Assembly: GCF_009914755.1 (NCBI RefSeq)
Contig: NC_060929.1
Strand: one strand, 5' to 3'
DNA: 64,000 bases
DNA from: the human T2T-CHM13v2.0 reference genome, Homo sapiens
This document shows, piece by piece, positions 11,990-32,979 of this stretch; the first letter of the stretch is position 1; every line of letters starts with the position of its first letter. Under the pieces are notes generated by a model. That model had not been told where the DNA came from, did not search any database, and saw only the letters and a program-made list of their open reading frames with translations. A program made the position numbers and the translations under genes.

Positions 11990-12300
11990 CTAATAGCTGA
12001 ATGAACTCTGTCTAACTGGAGAAGAAGAAGACTAACAGATGTAATAACAGTCTCCATTTATATAGAGGGCTTTAGGGAGTGATGATCAGCTGTTCACATT
12101 TTCTGCAATGGACCAAACAGGAAGCTTTGACCATAAATTATAACATAAATGACTTGGAGGATTTGGGTTAAATAGAAAGATTACTTGGCGGATAGTGAGG
12201 GCTGTAAAATAATGAAATAACTCTACTGAGTAGATGGTAGATTTTCCTTTCTGGAGATGATGGGTAAAGAATAGGTTCACCTGTCAAGGTGATGGAGGCA
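11990..12300 (+). mobile_element. L3/CR1 3' fragment
   Basis: ctggagaagaagaagactaa...ggatttgggttaaatagaaagattacttggcggatagtgagggctgt...ttttcctttctggaga. Confidence 0.6.
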
Positions 12301-12999
12301 GGGCCTACCAATGACTCATAATGGTCTCAGTGGGGTTCTGTACGTTCAAGTTCACCAAAGCAGCCTCTATCTTTAATTCCTAGGAACTGAAGCAAATGCC
12401 TAAATCCTTTGCAGCCTCAGCACAACTTTGTTAATTTGGGTTGTAATGAATTTTAGCTTAAAACAACAGACAAAAACTGTAGGGACTGCTAAATGTAATT
12501 ACATAACTAAAGAGTGCTAATACAGCCTAGAAATATTAAAGTATTTCAAAGCATGTTTAATGACAACAAGGGCTAGGTAAAGATATATTTCTGTCAGGTA
12601 ATTATTAACAAAATGGTTTAGGAGTATTCTCAGAGCACTGGGATGCAACATTATAAGTTGGTTACAATTTTCATGCCCAGTGTTCACAGTAGTTAAGGCA
12701 TTTGAGGTGGTGTAACACTACAACATTGCTAATGAGTCATTATTTCTAGAGCAATTATTTTTAAGTGATTAAGATGCATTGTACTGCTGTGACACAACTG
12801 ATTTTACATTTACTTTCTCAATAGTCTCCTTGCTTTTCCCACTTCATCCCCTCTCCCCCTGCCCCATTCAAAAGCATATTAGACTCTGTTTTCCTGAGAG
12901 GAAAAAAAGATCGTCTAATAATTACCAAATGTATGCCATCTCTTGAGAGAAACACAATGCATTAGGCTAGTGGCTCCTAAATCCTTTGTTTTGTTTTGT

Positions 13000-13110
13000 T
13001 TTTTGTAGTTGCAACTTTGAGGTTTACAACAGAATTAGACAGGATACATATAGACAGTAAAATGGTTACTACAGTGAAGCAAATTAACATATCTATCATC
13101 TCAGAGAGTT

Positions 13111-13148
<38 letters not shown>

Positions 13149-13327
13149 CAAGAGCAGCTGAAATCCACTTGACAAAAATTACTAACACAATTTTATTTCT
13201 ATAGTCTTCATGCAGAACATTAGCTTTCCAGACTGGTTCATCCTGCATATTTGCTACTTTGTATCCTTTGACCTATATCTCCTCATTTCATCCCCCACAC
13301 CCTGGGTAACCACTGTTTTATTCTCCA
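13000..13327 (-). mobile_element. L1MA 3'UTR fragment containing (TG)n at 13112-13147
   Basis: aaaatggttactacagtgaagcaaattaacatatctatcatctca...ggtaaccactgttttattctc. Confidence 0.75.
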
Positions 13328-13888
13328 CCATCAGGGAGTTAAGGCAAGTATAAGGATTTTGAATAGGATAATGTATAAACTTAAAACCTAAAATGTGCAA
13401 GTTTATTATAGTGTCGTCAATAAATTTCAAAAAGTCATTAAACTACTGAGTTCTAATACACCTGAATGACAATAAATGAATATTAATCTATTCATAGATA
13501 GCCTTCATTCAGCATGGTGCTTGCTAAACCCTGTAGAAGGCATTGTATAAAATTGTTATGATGTGGTCTTTGACCTTAAGGACCTTAAAATCAAAGCTCA
13601 GATACAGGATAAACTAATCTAGGAAGCTATCGCCTCTGCAACCTTGGATACATTATTTAACCTACTTGAGACTCAATAATAATGAAAGCACAAAAACAAT
13701 TAGGGCATCTACCTCTGAACATGGATATAAAGACTAAAACAATGCATAGAAACTGTTTGGCATGGAAAAAGCATTTCCACAAATTTTATCTATAAATGTA
13801 AAATAATTATATTTATTTTTATTTATGTTTATTATTATTAGGCATCACACGGTAAGTACCAATAATGTATGTTATAAGACCTGAAATT

Positions 13889-14217
13889 GGCCAGGCATGG
13901 TGGCTCACTCCTGTAATCCCAGCACTTTGGGAGGCTGAGGCAGGCAGATCACCTGAGGTCAAGAGTTCGAAACCAGTCTGGCCAACATGGTGAAACCCCA
14001 TCTCTACTAAAAATACAAAAATTAGCTGGGCATGGTGATGCACACCTGTAATCCCATCTACTTAGGAGGCTGAAGCAGGAGAATCGCTTGAACAAGGGGG
14101 CAGAAGTTGCAGTGAGCTGAGATCGCACCACTGCACTCCAGCCTGGGCGATAGAGCAAGAATCCGTCTCAAAAAAAAAAAAAAAAAAAAAAAAAAAAGAA
14201 AAAGAAAAAAAAAGAAA
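13889..14217 (+). mobile_element. AluSx-like
   Basis: Full dimer, long A tail, TSD core cctgaaat. Confidence 0.93.
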
Positions 14218-14593
14218 TCCTGAAATAAGGAAAATGATTGGAAGCTGAGGCAGCCATTGCAGAGAAAATGAGCTAATGAGCTACAAGTTAGGTGATGAAA
14301 GATATACCAGATTTTGCTAGATACAGTGTTTAGCCTGGAGGGATAACCAGTCAGCATGGAGTAGTGTGAGCACATGACCAGAACCAGGACATATTGGTAA
14401 GATGAATAGGTCAACTTGACTGGTAAGCAAATGTGTTGAGATTTAAACCTGGTGAAGGATGGATGAAAGTAAACAATAGTTGACTTTAAATTCCAGGCTT
14501 ACTAGTTTGTATTTTATCCATTGAAAACTTCAGAGCATAATTATGACATAATACACACAGAATGCTAAAATTATAAGGGATTTAAGTCTAATC

Positions 14594-14922
14594 AAGGAGC
14601 CACAAACTCAGACGCATAGAGGGCAGGCTTATGACCTCTGTAGTATGAGGAGTAGGTTCAACATAAGACAAAAGGGAATGGTGGGGAATGTGGTGAACTA
14701 CAGAAAACCCTCCATCTAGATAAGGTATCAATTTCCCAGCTTTAGCTTATTGTTACCTGTGGGAAAGAAGGCCCAGTGTTCATGCTCTTTAGATTTTTAA
14801 AAAGATAATTAGGAAGTCTAAATTTTAAAACGAAATGTCCTAATTTTAAAAGTATTGTGTTAGTCAAATAAAATAGTTATATGAATTGGTCTGTCCTGAG
14901 GGCTAATGTTAAGCAGCCCTTG
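14594..14922 (+). mobile_element. MER102-like hAT-Charlie non-autonomous DNA transposon
   Basis: caaggagccacaaactcag...ggtggggaatgtggtgaact...ggcccagtgtt...cagcccttg. Confidence 0.7.
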
Positions 14923-15899
14923 ATAAAATCTGGAATTTGTAATGTGGTATAAAAGCCTCCGAGAAACTAAGTGATTCACCCTAATTGAAACAGAGAGTTA
15001 GCTAGAGGTTAGCAATGGCAACTCTACCCAACACCAAACTAAAACTCACTGAAGGTTAAGGATTTATTCCAGTCAGTATGGAACTGTATGAGTACATGGC
15101 CACAGCCAGGATATCTATGAGGTTTCAGAGCAACTTTTCTTTTACTAATACAGTACATTTCTTTGAATTTTAGATTATTTTTTCATCACAGCCTTAAATA
15201 ATGTAGCAGATGAACACAGGACAGAAAAAAATGTTGTGAGTGTTAGCCCACTTTTCTCTGGTATCACTTCAGTAGAGAGGAAAGAACATGCCTTGGGTAG
15301 CTACCCAGTCACTTAGACTTGGGGACAAACACCAGAGTTGACCATTTTCTAGTCTTGTAACCCAAAGAGGTCAGTTTGCTTGTCTTTAAAATGGAAATAA
15401 TGATGCCTAGCATATAGAGTTGCTGTCAGGATAACATGGAATTGGATAGCTTGATAACATGCTATCATGACCATTTGACTGACAGGGTCATGAAACTTGG
15501 TTTAAAAACATTGATTTAAGAAAGAAAGAGAAATATTGAATTAAGGATCAGGAAAGGATGTTCTGATGTGAGTACTTATGTTCAAGCGCCCTGGGAAGTG
15601 TAATTTAAAGCTCAAACATGATAAAAGCCAATTAAATTACTATTAAACTACTCTCCCATTCACCTAATGTAAGTAGGTGAAAATTTCATACTATGGTAAA
15701 GCAGAAGTAAGAATAGGTTATGCATGGTATTGTTAAGACAAATTGCTTTTATAATTCATTACAAGATAGAAGACTTGTGAGTTTAAGTCAATTTTCACAG
15801 TTCAGGAAACAAAGCAAGATTTGTAATAGAACAGGGAAGTTCTCCTGGATTTACAATTGTGTCTCCAAAAACACAGAATTATCATTTTGAAAAAGAGAT

Positions 15900-16140
15900 G
15901 GGATAACATTTGGAACCAGGCTTGGAAATAAATCTGGACCTGGCATTTCCAGCTCTGTGACACTAGTATTTTATTAATTCCTCTAACTCTGTTTCCTTTT
16001 CTATGAAACTTAGATTAAAATGCCTGTTTTATTTCAGTGCCTGTGATAATTCAAACAAGAGGATATATATGAAGTGCTTAGAACAATCATTTGCAAATTA
16101 TTGTTCAATATATGCTAACCACTCTTATCATCATTATTAC
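15900..16140 (+). mobile_element. MIR
   Basis: ctctgtttccttttctatgaaa...atgaagtgcttagaaca. Confidence 0.7.
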
Positions 16141-17439
16141 AATCTATTTTAATACTCTGAGTGAGGTCAGGGGAAGCATGGTAGAATATTTTCTGCCATG
16201 ACAAGAAAGACAAGAAAGAATGAAGCAAGAAAAATATCATTGCAAGAGATAGCAATTAATGCTTTAAAGACATGTATGCATGTATGATGATGTTTTCTAT
16301 TAAAAGTATACAACTTATAACAGGTCAAATTAATGTTTATGCCTTCCTTTTACATAACTGGCAAGAATGCTCTGCCAAACAGTAGCCTCCATAACAATAA
16401 ATAACATGTTAAATACACCTTTTGTTTCATCACAACAATTAGTATTCGACAAAAAGCAGGTAAAGTGCCCAAGAATATAAAGCAGTTTCTACATTTCTCC
16501 TGCACAGTCTTTATACTTATTTCTCTAAAACTGTTTGTTCTTTAAAGAAGAGATGCAAACCACACAGACAGATATACCACTTACATCCTTAGATTCATTT
16601 GAAAATAAACATCTAAGATTGATAACTTCCTAAGGTGGATATTAATCAATTTTCTTAATTCCGGATAACACGGTTTTATATTCAATGCATAATTACTGTA
16701 AGATTTAAGTAGATACTGAACTGGTAGCATTTATAGAACAAGTATTCATATGAAATGTTCAATAAAACTTTCCAGAATACTTTGAAGAACTAGGCCATGT
16801 GCAACAAGTTATATAGAGCAGAGTTATACACAGAATAGTTATACAGAGAAGAATACAATGTATAGGACAAATTACTGGACCACAGGGTGCATTTAATCAA
16901 CAACTTACTTCAATTGGTTAGCACACTGCTTTAACAATGTGAGCCTGAATGCCTTTCAGAAGAATGTGGTTTCTGCAGTTTCTCTCAGTCTCCATCCTTT
17001 GCATCACACCAGATTCTCCTTACTTTGTAATATAACAAGCCCCAGTGGGTGTCTGAGTTTGCAACCCTGCTCACAAGATACTTGGTCTGCCTCATAGCAG
17101 GTATCAGCAGTCCAAGGGCAGAATCCTAACAAGGTTTTGAATGAATTAGTCTGATTCTTGCTTTTTATCATATCAACATATAAGAGTGTTTTGGAATTCG
17201 GCTAGCACAATTTATACTGTGAGCTCCCTCCATTTTTGAGGGAAATAAACTCATTTCCAAGTCAAATGGATAGATTTATGAGTTATCAGTGCAAAGGACA
17301 ATCAAATTAGGTAAATAGCAGCATCTTTAAGAGATCTCAACAAGATAGTGAGAAGGTACTCTAAAATTCTGGGAGTCATGCACATGCTCTCCAGAGTCTA
17401 ATTTAGCAATATGTCAATGAATTATAAAAAGGTGCATGC

Positions 17440-17780
17440 TTTTTAACTTTTATTGAAATAAAACAGTTTAAAACTTTTTATTGAAACATATGTCTGGAAA
17501 AGGGCTCAATGTATAAGCACAAACTAGATGAGTGTAGGGCCCAGAATTGAGTGACAGCACCCAGATGAAGATGAGTTATTATTTCCAGTACCTCAGAGTC
17601 CTCCCCATGGGCTCCCCAGAAACTGCTGTTCCCCGAGAGTCACCACACCGCTGACTGCCATAAACTTAGACTGGCTTTGCCTGTTTTTGTACTTCATATG
17701 AAAGGAATATTAATGTATGCTCCATTTTGTGTCTGGCTGTTTTTGTTCAATATAATCTTTGAGATTCACCTCGTACTTTA
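17440..17780 (-). mobile_element. L1M (MB-ME) 3' fragment
   Basis: ttgcctgtttttgtacttcatatgaaaggaat...ttttgtgtctggct...gagattcac. Confidence 0.65.
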
Positions 17781-18156
17781 TGGGGATGAGGAGATCATGT
17801 GTTTACACAGCAGAATCATATTACATTATGTGCCAAGGGCTTTGATGGTGTGCTCACAGGGATGCATACCAATCTGTATGCTCTTCAATGTGTGAGCAAT
17901 TTGGAGGGATGATGCACAGTAGATACCAAAAAAATTCACAGATATAAGCTGTAACAGGTATTATGTGTTAAGAAGCACTCCAGAAAAAAATCCAATATTT
18001 CTTTATCTATAGATATATACATTGAGAAACATGTATATATCTACAGATAAACATCCAAGGTGTTAAACAAAATCACTTTTACTAATTTATACAGTAATTC
18101 CAGTAATTCTTTGGCAGTAGTTTTTTTGACCTCTGGCCATACGAAAGGAGAATTAT

Positions 18157-18489
18157 GGCTAGGTGTGATGGCTCATGCCTGTAATCCCAGCACTCTGGGA
18201 GACTGAGGTGGGCGGCCTGCTTGAGCCCAGGAGTTTGAGACAAGCCTGGGCAATATGGCAAAACCCTGTCTCTACTAAAAATACAAAAAAAAAAAAAAAA
18301 TAGTCGGGCAAGGTGGTGCTTGCCTGTAGTCCCAGCTACCCAAGAGACTTAGGTGGGAGGATCCTTTGGGCTGGGGAGGTTGAGACTACAGTGAGCTGTG
18401 ATCCTGTCACTGCACTCCAGCCTGGGCAATGGAGTGATACCCTGTCTCCAAAAAATAAAAATAAAAATAAAAGAAAAAGAAATATAAAA
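18157..18489 (+). mobile_element. AluJ
   Basis: Full dimer; TSD agaattatg. Confidence 0.9.
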
Positions 18490-21089
18490 CAGAATTATGC
18501 TTATTATTTTTATGAATTACCCTCTTCTCATCAATTCTTGATTACTTACCAAATAAACATTCATTCAACTTTATTAAAATTGTCCCTAAAAATACATTAT
18601 TAATTTATTTACAGGTTCTTTCCTATTGGAAGAACCCTGCAGGATGATTCTCTGTTAATATTCAATATTGAAAAATAATTTATAAAGTAATTATCTTCCT
18701 ATGTTTCTGTGAAAATATCATTCATCTGTCAATCCTTTACAAAAAAGAGTTAAACTTCTTAGAAAATGTTATAGATTTCCTTAAAACATGCTAAATCTCT
18801 GTCTCAATGTTTAATATTTATTTATCATGATGAAAATATTACCGAAATGTCTCATTATCTTTTCCTATGTATTCGAATTTTAGTGTAATATTTTCAAAGA
18901 AAAAGCACCATGGAAGGATTTCTAAATATTAAAATAATGTATTGTGGATTTAGACAAAATGTGCACCCAGGTATCACTCTGATGTAAATATCAGGGCTAA
19001 ATTCAGCTCATGAACTGAGAAAATGTTAATATTATATGGCTTACATTTATTATTCTATCAACTGACACTTTGTAACCAACAGTTCAGAAAATTTTCATTG
19101 CAATAATAAATGCTATTTATTTGTAGTCAAGACCTAAGAACTCAAAAATTCTAAATTGATTTCTAGGTTATCAAAAAGACAAGTAAATGCAAATTTGATC
19201 ATGTACTCTCTGATTAAAATTATCAGTGACATCCCTTCCCCTAAAGATAAAGTCCAGGCTCTTAAAAATTACTAACAAAAGACTCTTCTTCCCTCTCTAA
19301 CCTCTCTCATTTCTCATAGTTCTCCAGCTCATAGCCCATGTTCCAGCCTTTCTCAAAATCTTTTACTTACCTTTCTTCCTTTACTTTCATTCATCACATA
19401 TGCTGTTCCCTCTACCTGGAATCCCCTTCCCTCTGCTCTTCTTCACACTCTACTTTATCTGGGTAACTCTAAGTCTTTAAGTTGTCCCCTATGTCTCAGT
19501 GTATTTGTCACCCCCTCCCCATCACCTCGTAAGCATACACCAAACAGATTATTTAGAAATGTATTTATTTATTTTTTACACTTCCTCATCTGATGGGACC
19601 TAGGTGCCCTAGGTAGCTAGGTATCCTGGAGGCAAATAAGCTATTATAACTATTTTACAAATGAGGCCACAGTGGCCAATGAAATCAGATGATTTTGCAG
19701 GAGGGAACTAGAAATCTGGATATCAGTCCACTATATCCACACTAGTGAAAAGTTCTCTCCATATTGCGACTCTGGTTTGATGAACAAGCATGTCCCATTC
19801 CCCAGCTGGGTCAGAAGTCAGGTTACTATCATTATCACAATGCGGTGTTATATAGAGATGTCTGTGTTTCCAAAGCCTTAAAATGTTCATACACATTGAC
19901 CCAGGAATATGGGTCTAGTTATTATTATAGATTTTTTCTCTCTTCTTAAAAATAGCACTTTATTTTCCTTATGAAAATTATACCAGTTTTGAAAAATCTA
20001 GTCAATACTAAAAATTATAATCAAAAAATGGAAAATCAACAAGAAGGTATCAATGAGAACATTAAAATAGTAAAAAGTTGGAACACACTTAAATATTACA
20101 AAGCAGATTTTTGGCCAAATACAGAATTATACACAAATATGGTAGATTATGTAGCCTTCAAGATAAAACTGCACAAAAAGGAATAAATATTCACCACATA
20201 ATAAGTGAATAAAGCAAATTATTAAATGGACATATAATCACAATTTTCTGTGAAAATAAAAAAACATTTATTCAAAGAATATAGAAGGAAATTCTGCCTA
20301 ACCTGTTAGTGATGAGTATTTCTAAAGGTATAATTATAGGATATTTTTTTCTAACAGTTAACATTTTAAAATTATTTACATTCCAAATTTTCTAGGATGA
20401 ACATGTGTTATTTAGGTAACCAGAAAGGAAACTCTTACTGTTATTAAAAGGAAGTGAGAGGGAAGAGGGCGGGAAAGAGAAAAATACAATTTTTAAATAA
20501 GTTAGTACAGGATGGTGGGCAGAGGGCCCAATAATGGCATCCATTGCCTCATATTTCTACAAGCACATAATTTTACATGAATGTCAACAATTTATGTTGC
20601 AAACCTTAGCAGCCCATCTAGCCTATAGATATAGTAGACGTGGAACAGTAATATCCTAAGTTGAATAAATATATCAGCAAAACTTCTTGCCTACAATATA
20701 TGTGGCTTGAATTTAAATTTATAGATTTTGTTTTCTTTAACATAGGAGCTATAACTAATAAAGCTAATCATTCACACATTATGTATCTTCCAATATAAAG
20801 AGGATCTTTTTGTCAATTATAATATTATGATTTCATAGAAAGATAAAGGTAACAGGGGCAATACAGAGTAACTGTTATAATTTCAGGGGTCAAAGAGACT
20901 TGGATCAAATATTTAGCTCTACCATTGCCCTCTGTGTGACTTTAGGAACATTGCTTAATCTTTCTGAGATTCACTTTCTTCGTGTGTAAAAATAGCCACC
21001 TCTTGGATTGAAAAGCTTGTAAAATATTTAGTATAGTGCATGGCAGAAAATAACTACTCAAGAAACATGAATTAAAACAAATGATTGGA

Positions 21090-27112
<6,023 letters not shown>

Positions 27113-29879
27113 TGGAATGATTGAATAAGCATATGAATGAATGAAAAAAATAAAGAAACATGTAAGTAAGTAAAGTATCATGAGCAAAAGTATATGCTTT
27201 TTGTCAACTTGGGGGAAATTAGTGATGATGAGGTACCCACTCTCGTGCAGAATCTTCCACCAGGACACTGAAGCAGCCCTTTTACTGGCCTGTAGCCATA
27301 TGGAAAACTTAATGGAAACCAAACCATGCTGTCCTCCCTGTGGAGTTGTAACTGACAGCATCAGGGATCTCCTCTTGTCAGCACAGAGAAACAGAGGTAT
27401 GTGCCCATTCCTACTGCTAAGCAATATGCCTGCTGTAATGCTGAGCAGCACTGTCCTGGGGACCCATGGACTCCACAGGTGGCAGCCATTCAGTGACCAC
27501 TACCTGGGTCAGGTTGCAAAGAATTCCCAGCCACTGACACTCAATCTGCTTTACCCTGCCATTGCATTCCCTCATTCCCTTTTCAATTCTCTCTCTCTCT
27601 CTTTCTTTTTTTTTGATCTCAGAGTCCCCTTCTAGCCCTGTGACATGTTCCCCCATCTGTTCATGCAGATGGTGCTACCCAAAGACATCAAAAAGTCTAG
27701 TGTCCCCAAATCTCTCTTGATTCAGTTGGTCCCCTTTACCACAGAGCAGTGGGAAAAATAAGAAAATGAAAGCCACATTTTGAAGCACAGAGATGTCATG
27801 GCTCATATGAGGAATACATTCACGTTCAGTACCTGGTTTGAAGTAAATGCTATCTACAGAGGTAAGCCCTTACCCTGATGTTCTCCTGAACATAAAATTG
27901 TGTCTGCAATAACTGGATAGCACCTAGAATACAGAATTACACCCTCCCCTCCCTGCTTCCTATTCTTCTCCCCCACCAAATCTTTGTTGTCAGCAACTAC
28001 AACAATGATCTATTTTAAATTTAGTTATATGTATATTTTACACTCTGTTCTATCCATGCCTACAGAAACTGACAACTTGCAAGGATAAAATAGCTTTTTG
28101 TAATTAAGGAACATTGTCACTGAACAATAATAATTTCAACAACAATAACACTTTTTCATAATTTTAAAATACTACAAGTAACAAAGGTGAGCCAAGGATC
28201 CCATTTATGATAGAACAAACAGAAGTCCGAACAGGATACTAAAAAATCAAAATCACAAGAAAGGAAAGTGGCCTAGGGATATAGCCTCTTCCTTGTCTAA
28301 GATGCGTGAGATTTTCACAATAAAATAAATATTCAACCTAAAACCTATTTAGTGACACAGATTTTATTCAGCTCCATAAGTCAGTCCAGAGTTTGAGGTT
28401 CCCCAAATCAGAATCTCTGATAATCCATATTATTTGGAACTTGGTCTTTCAGATTAAAACCTGTTTTTCTCCTGCTTAGAATTTAGGCAAAGTTCATTTT
28501 CACACCTGTGTTGTTGTTCTCCTCTGTTTTTTCAGTTCATAGCTCTGCCCAGCCCCTGGCCACCCATGTGGTGGACACAGCATTTTTCTCCTCCTTGGTA
28601 ACTTCATCTGCCATCAAGTAAGGGCCAGACATGTGGTTTGTCTCATGCCATCATCAGGGGTAATGACCAATGAGTAGAGCAGTAATTTAGGGAGGCTCCA
28701 TAAATTAACCCTTAATGAATCATCTTAGTGTATCAGTAAGAAATATAATTTATTCACACACTAAATTAGCTAAGAAGAGCCAATTTGGGTGGGAAAAAGC
28801 ATTTCTCATTATCACATCATAAGCCTTGTTTACACTGGTATATGACTAATCCTCATGTTATGTCTAACTTCCCAAAGGGAAAATCAATGTATAGGTCCAG
28901 TCAAAGGGGCTTAAATACTTAATATTTGGGAAAAAATACTGTTCTGAGGAAATGCATTTTCTTTTTCCCCAGATAGTATTCTCCTTTCATTCCTTACACA
29001 CATGTGCATGCACATGCACAGAAACACACATTCCCTCTGAAGGATAGGCAAGATACTCCAAATTACATAAAGACATACCCTATGCCAATGAAATAATATG
29101 ATACCACTGCTCTGCAATCAATAAAAAGTTACATACATTTTAGTCATATAACATTTGATTATCATGAATAAAAGAGAACATCCCTTTGAACTTAGCTGTA
29201 ATGAAGTTCTGAGACATGTTTCTGAAAAGCACTGGCTCTCACTAGAAAGGGTTTTCTCATTGACTCATTCTATGCTAGGAGGCTAATATGGGTCACTTAA
29301 TTCTACCACAGTACAATTCCCTCTACTTTGACATTTCTGTTTATCTTTGAGAATATCGCAGTGATTGCAAATGATAACATAACATAAGAAAATGCCATGC
29401 CAATGGAAATTTTAACACGGTCAACTCATATTTGCACTTAATTTATAATTTGGGAAACTGAATTCATGACAATTGCTGATCTTATCTTTAAAATGTCTTC
29501 TTATCAGCTGTTGAAATTGACATCACCTGAAGCACAGTCTCACTACTAATGAAGTTTCTTACCAATACAGTGAAATGCCACACGTTTTCTACTAGATGGG
29601 ACAATCAGATTTTTTTCACCTCATTTAAACATAATAGTCTTTGATAATTGGGTTTTAAATAATATCAGTTTGATTTAATGCTTCTCTTTTTACTCCTCTT
29701 AATTTACCTCAGTATGCAAATCCATTGTTTGACCCTATTTTGTATGAATTGCATTCATTGACAGACAGAGTAATAAATCAATTTAAGGTAAACCCTGCAG
29801 AAACCTCAGATCCCACAAACTGATAAACAGAGTCAGGAGTCAGACTGATAAACTAGAAAAGTGCTGTGGCGAAACGGCA

Positions 29880-30120
29880 ATTACTCATTCATGCGTACAT
29901 ATATTCATTCAGCAAATTTTTTAAATTGGCTCTTGTAGGATGTGCACTCCTCAAGATGCTGGGGTATAAACAGTTGGGGAAAAAGCAGAGGTTTCTACTC
30001 TCACAGAGCTTATATTCTAGTGGTGACAGGCCATTAAATAGTAAACAAATACATAATGCATATAGTTATAAAGAATAAAAAAGGCAGTGATATGAAAGAG
30101 AGGGAACATAAAGTTCAGGG
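29880..30120 (-). mobile_element. L2 fragment
   Basis: cattcattcagcaaat...ctctcacagagcttatattctagtgg. Confidence 0.65.
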
Positions 30121-30235
30121 TAAAGTAGTTGGCTTTCTCTTCTTGCAAGCACAGGAGTTTGTTCTGCCATTAGGACTACTGTATTTTCATTCTTTCTAAC
30201 TGGAACACTCATTCCTCAGATCTGTGCTTTTTGAA

Positions 30236-30821
30236 TGTAAACTAAAAATAAAATTCTAAGCCCCCCAATCCCCACCATCTGAATGGATCCCTCCTCTCAG
30301 CAAGGACATTCCAAAGTTAACCTGAAAAATCAGTTCAGGCCATGATGGGAAGGGGGAGTTGGACATGTCTCATTACAGCCTCCTCCCTTTTGCAATTACA
30401 AATAGAAGAGACTCTTTAAGTCTGATAAGAAACATTTACAATTTTCTCTCTGAAAGCTGCTATCTGGAGGCTTCATCTGCATGATAAAACCTCGGTGTTG
30501 AAAACACCTTATCACAACCCAGACATTCTTTCTATTGATAATAACTCTTTCAACCAATTGCCAATCCGAAAATATTTGAATCCATTACCTGAAAGCCTCC
30601 CGCTGCCCCACCCTTCTGGGCCAAACCAATGTCCATCTTACATGTATTAATTGATGCCTTGTATCTCCCTAAAATGTATGAAAACCAAATAGTGTCTTGA
30701 CCACCTTGGGCACATGTTCTCAGAATTTCCTAAGAGATGTACCATAGGCCACTGATAACTCATATGTGGTGCAGAATAAATCTCTTCAAATATTTCACAG
30801 AGTTTGACAAAATCATCAATA
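30236..30821 (+). mobile_element. MER4-group (MER4B-like) ERV1 solo LTR, inserted in an L2 (30130-31130)
   Basis: tgtaaactaaaaataaaattctaagcccccca...cagaataaatctcttcaaatatttcacagagtttgac. Confidence 0.85.
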
Positions 30822-31879
30822 CCAACCTTTAGTGATGATATTTCAATTCAAATGTCACCTCCTAAAGTAGGATTACACTTTCTCCTCCAGTAACTCTTTA
30901 TCATATTATTATGTTTAACTTCCACAATTCAATTCATCACAATTTATAAACCTTATCATTAACATTAAATATCTCTTTTGCTGGTAGTTTATATCTTTCC
31001 TTCTCCAAGTACAAGCTTATGGAGTAAGGATTATATGTAGCTTATTCACTACTGTACCTTCTATCTTCCACCTAGAGCAACAAGAGGTGCTCACTCAGGA
31101 CTTGACTGGATGGATTGATGGATAAATGAATTAAAGCTTCAGTGATTCACTTACCTGGAGTGTGCCTGTTTTATTAAACATAAATTAGAGTTTATTATTA
31201 TTTTTTCTGGCTTCTTTCTGGAACACTGTACAGACATTCCTAATATTTAGGTAATCAAAGTGAATAATTGCATTCAGCTATTCCTCTTAAGAGAATTCTG
31301 AGTACGTCCCTGTCTGCTCTGCCACTTCCAACTGCATGCATGGGGTCATTTCTTCACATTCAACCCATTAAATCATCATGAAAGGCACAGACTTTGGAGT
31401 CAGGCAGACTTGGAACCTATCCCCATCTTTGACGTGTATACTAGTACAACTTTGAACAAGTTACTGAATTTGTCTAAGATTCAGTTCACTTTTCTTTAAA
31501 AATGCAATGATTTATTATTTACTTTTGACAAAATTCCTATAAGTTAAATAATACTATTTTGGATTGAGAGTCATTAGTTGACTTATGAAAGACACATGGC
31601 CCGTAAAACAACCCCTGTGTCTTTGACTCCAGATTTTGGCTCTTACTTAGCCTATCCTACCTCTCATCATCTGTTACATATTTTCTTCTCCCACTAGCCT
31701 CCAAGTTTTTGAGTCACAGAGACTGGATGTGTCATTTATCTTCCTGTATCTCCAAAGCCTGGCATGGTATTGATACATAATAAGAATTTACCACCACCAT
31801 TTTCTCTTGCCAAAAAAAAAAGTCATCTCCCTCTTATCCTGATGAAAAATGCAGAAAAGGTCAAGGCTGGTACCAGCAG

Positions 31880-32110
31880 TGAGGCTAATAATAGCAACCA
31901 ATCTTTACAAACAACTTATGTGCCAGGCACTTTAGTAAATTCTTTACAAGCATTTTTTTGTAGCTTAATCCCCTCAGTAATCCTACAAGATAGGAACTAT
32001 TAAGCCCTATTTTACTGATGAGGAAACTGAAGCTTAGAAAGATAGAGCACAGCTAAAGGTATTGAAGCAAGGCAGTCAGGTCCACAACCCATACTCTTAA
32101 CACATTGCAA
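31880..32110 (-). mobile_element. MIR
   Basis: cctattttactgatgaggaaactgaagcttagaaa. Confidence 0.7.
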
Positions 32111-32979
32111 TACTGCTATTCTAAGTTTTGTGTTGTCTGGCCTCATTATGCAATGATGTAAAATGCACAGATGCCTCCTAGTATTTTTATGCCAGAAGAT
32201 TTGTTCTTTATCCTGGTCTTTTCAATAGTTTCTCTTAGTTGTCAGCCTGTTACAGCTGCTAAAATATAAAGTCCTAATTATTTTCTCCATTATGGCTAGT
32301 GGGAACAATTCAACATGGAATTAGTATCTTTCTCTAGGGATTTATGGTCATTTAGCATTTTGTTGCCTTTTATTCTGTCCATAAGAGTGCAGATAATGAG
32401 CTACTTCTGAGAAGTAAAATAGCTTGAGCATTTTGTAAAGTGGTGAATGTGATTTGAGTCATTAACCTATTACACCGGTTTGGTTTTTCAAGGAAAAGCT
32501 TGCTTTATATGTGATCTCCAAAATAAGGAGACAGGAATGAGGTAGAAATCTTCCCTGAACATTCATTAGCAAAGCAAGTGATTAAAACTTTTACCAAAAG
32601 TCTTTTAACAAACATTTTTGGCAGTAACTTCCATAGGTTGTGTAATTTTTTAATCTTCTACCTATTTTTTTCTCCCCATGGGAAATAAGCCTGAAACTCC
32701 TGTTACTTATTATAGAAAACAAGTATAGATTTTCTTCATGTACTTTGGGATCCTTCCTAATATTCTGGTAGTCAGAGGTACTTTTCTAGTTGCTTGACAG
32801 TTAGAGAATAGCTATTGGTCCAGTACTCTCTGATTTCCCCTTTAGAATGATTATTGATGCTCAATATAGAATCAAGAAACTCAAAGGGATAATGATGTTT
32901 GTGCAGCCTTGAAATTAAAATGTACAGGTTATTTGGGTAATTTCTTCTTGAATTACAAAGTAAGAATTAAATTTCTTGG

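Noticed and set aside
31149-31157. Perfect donor CAG|GTAAGT on the gene strand (also AAG|GTAAGT at 43137-43145)
   Set aside because: No convincing upstream acceptor at exon distance; isolated matches are expected by chance
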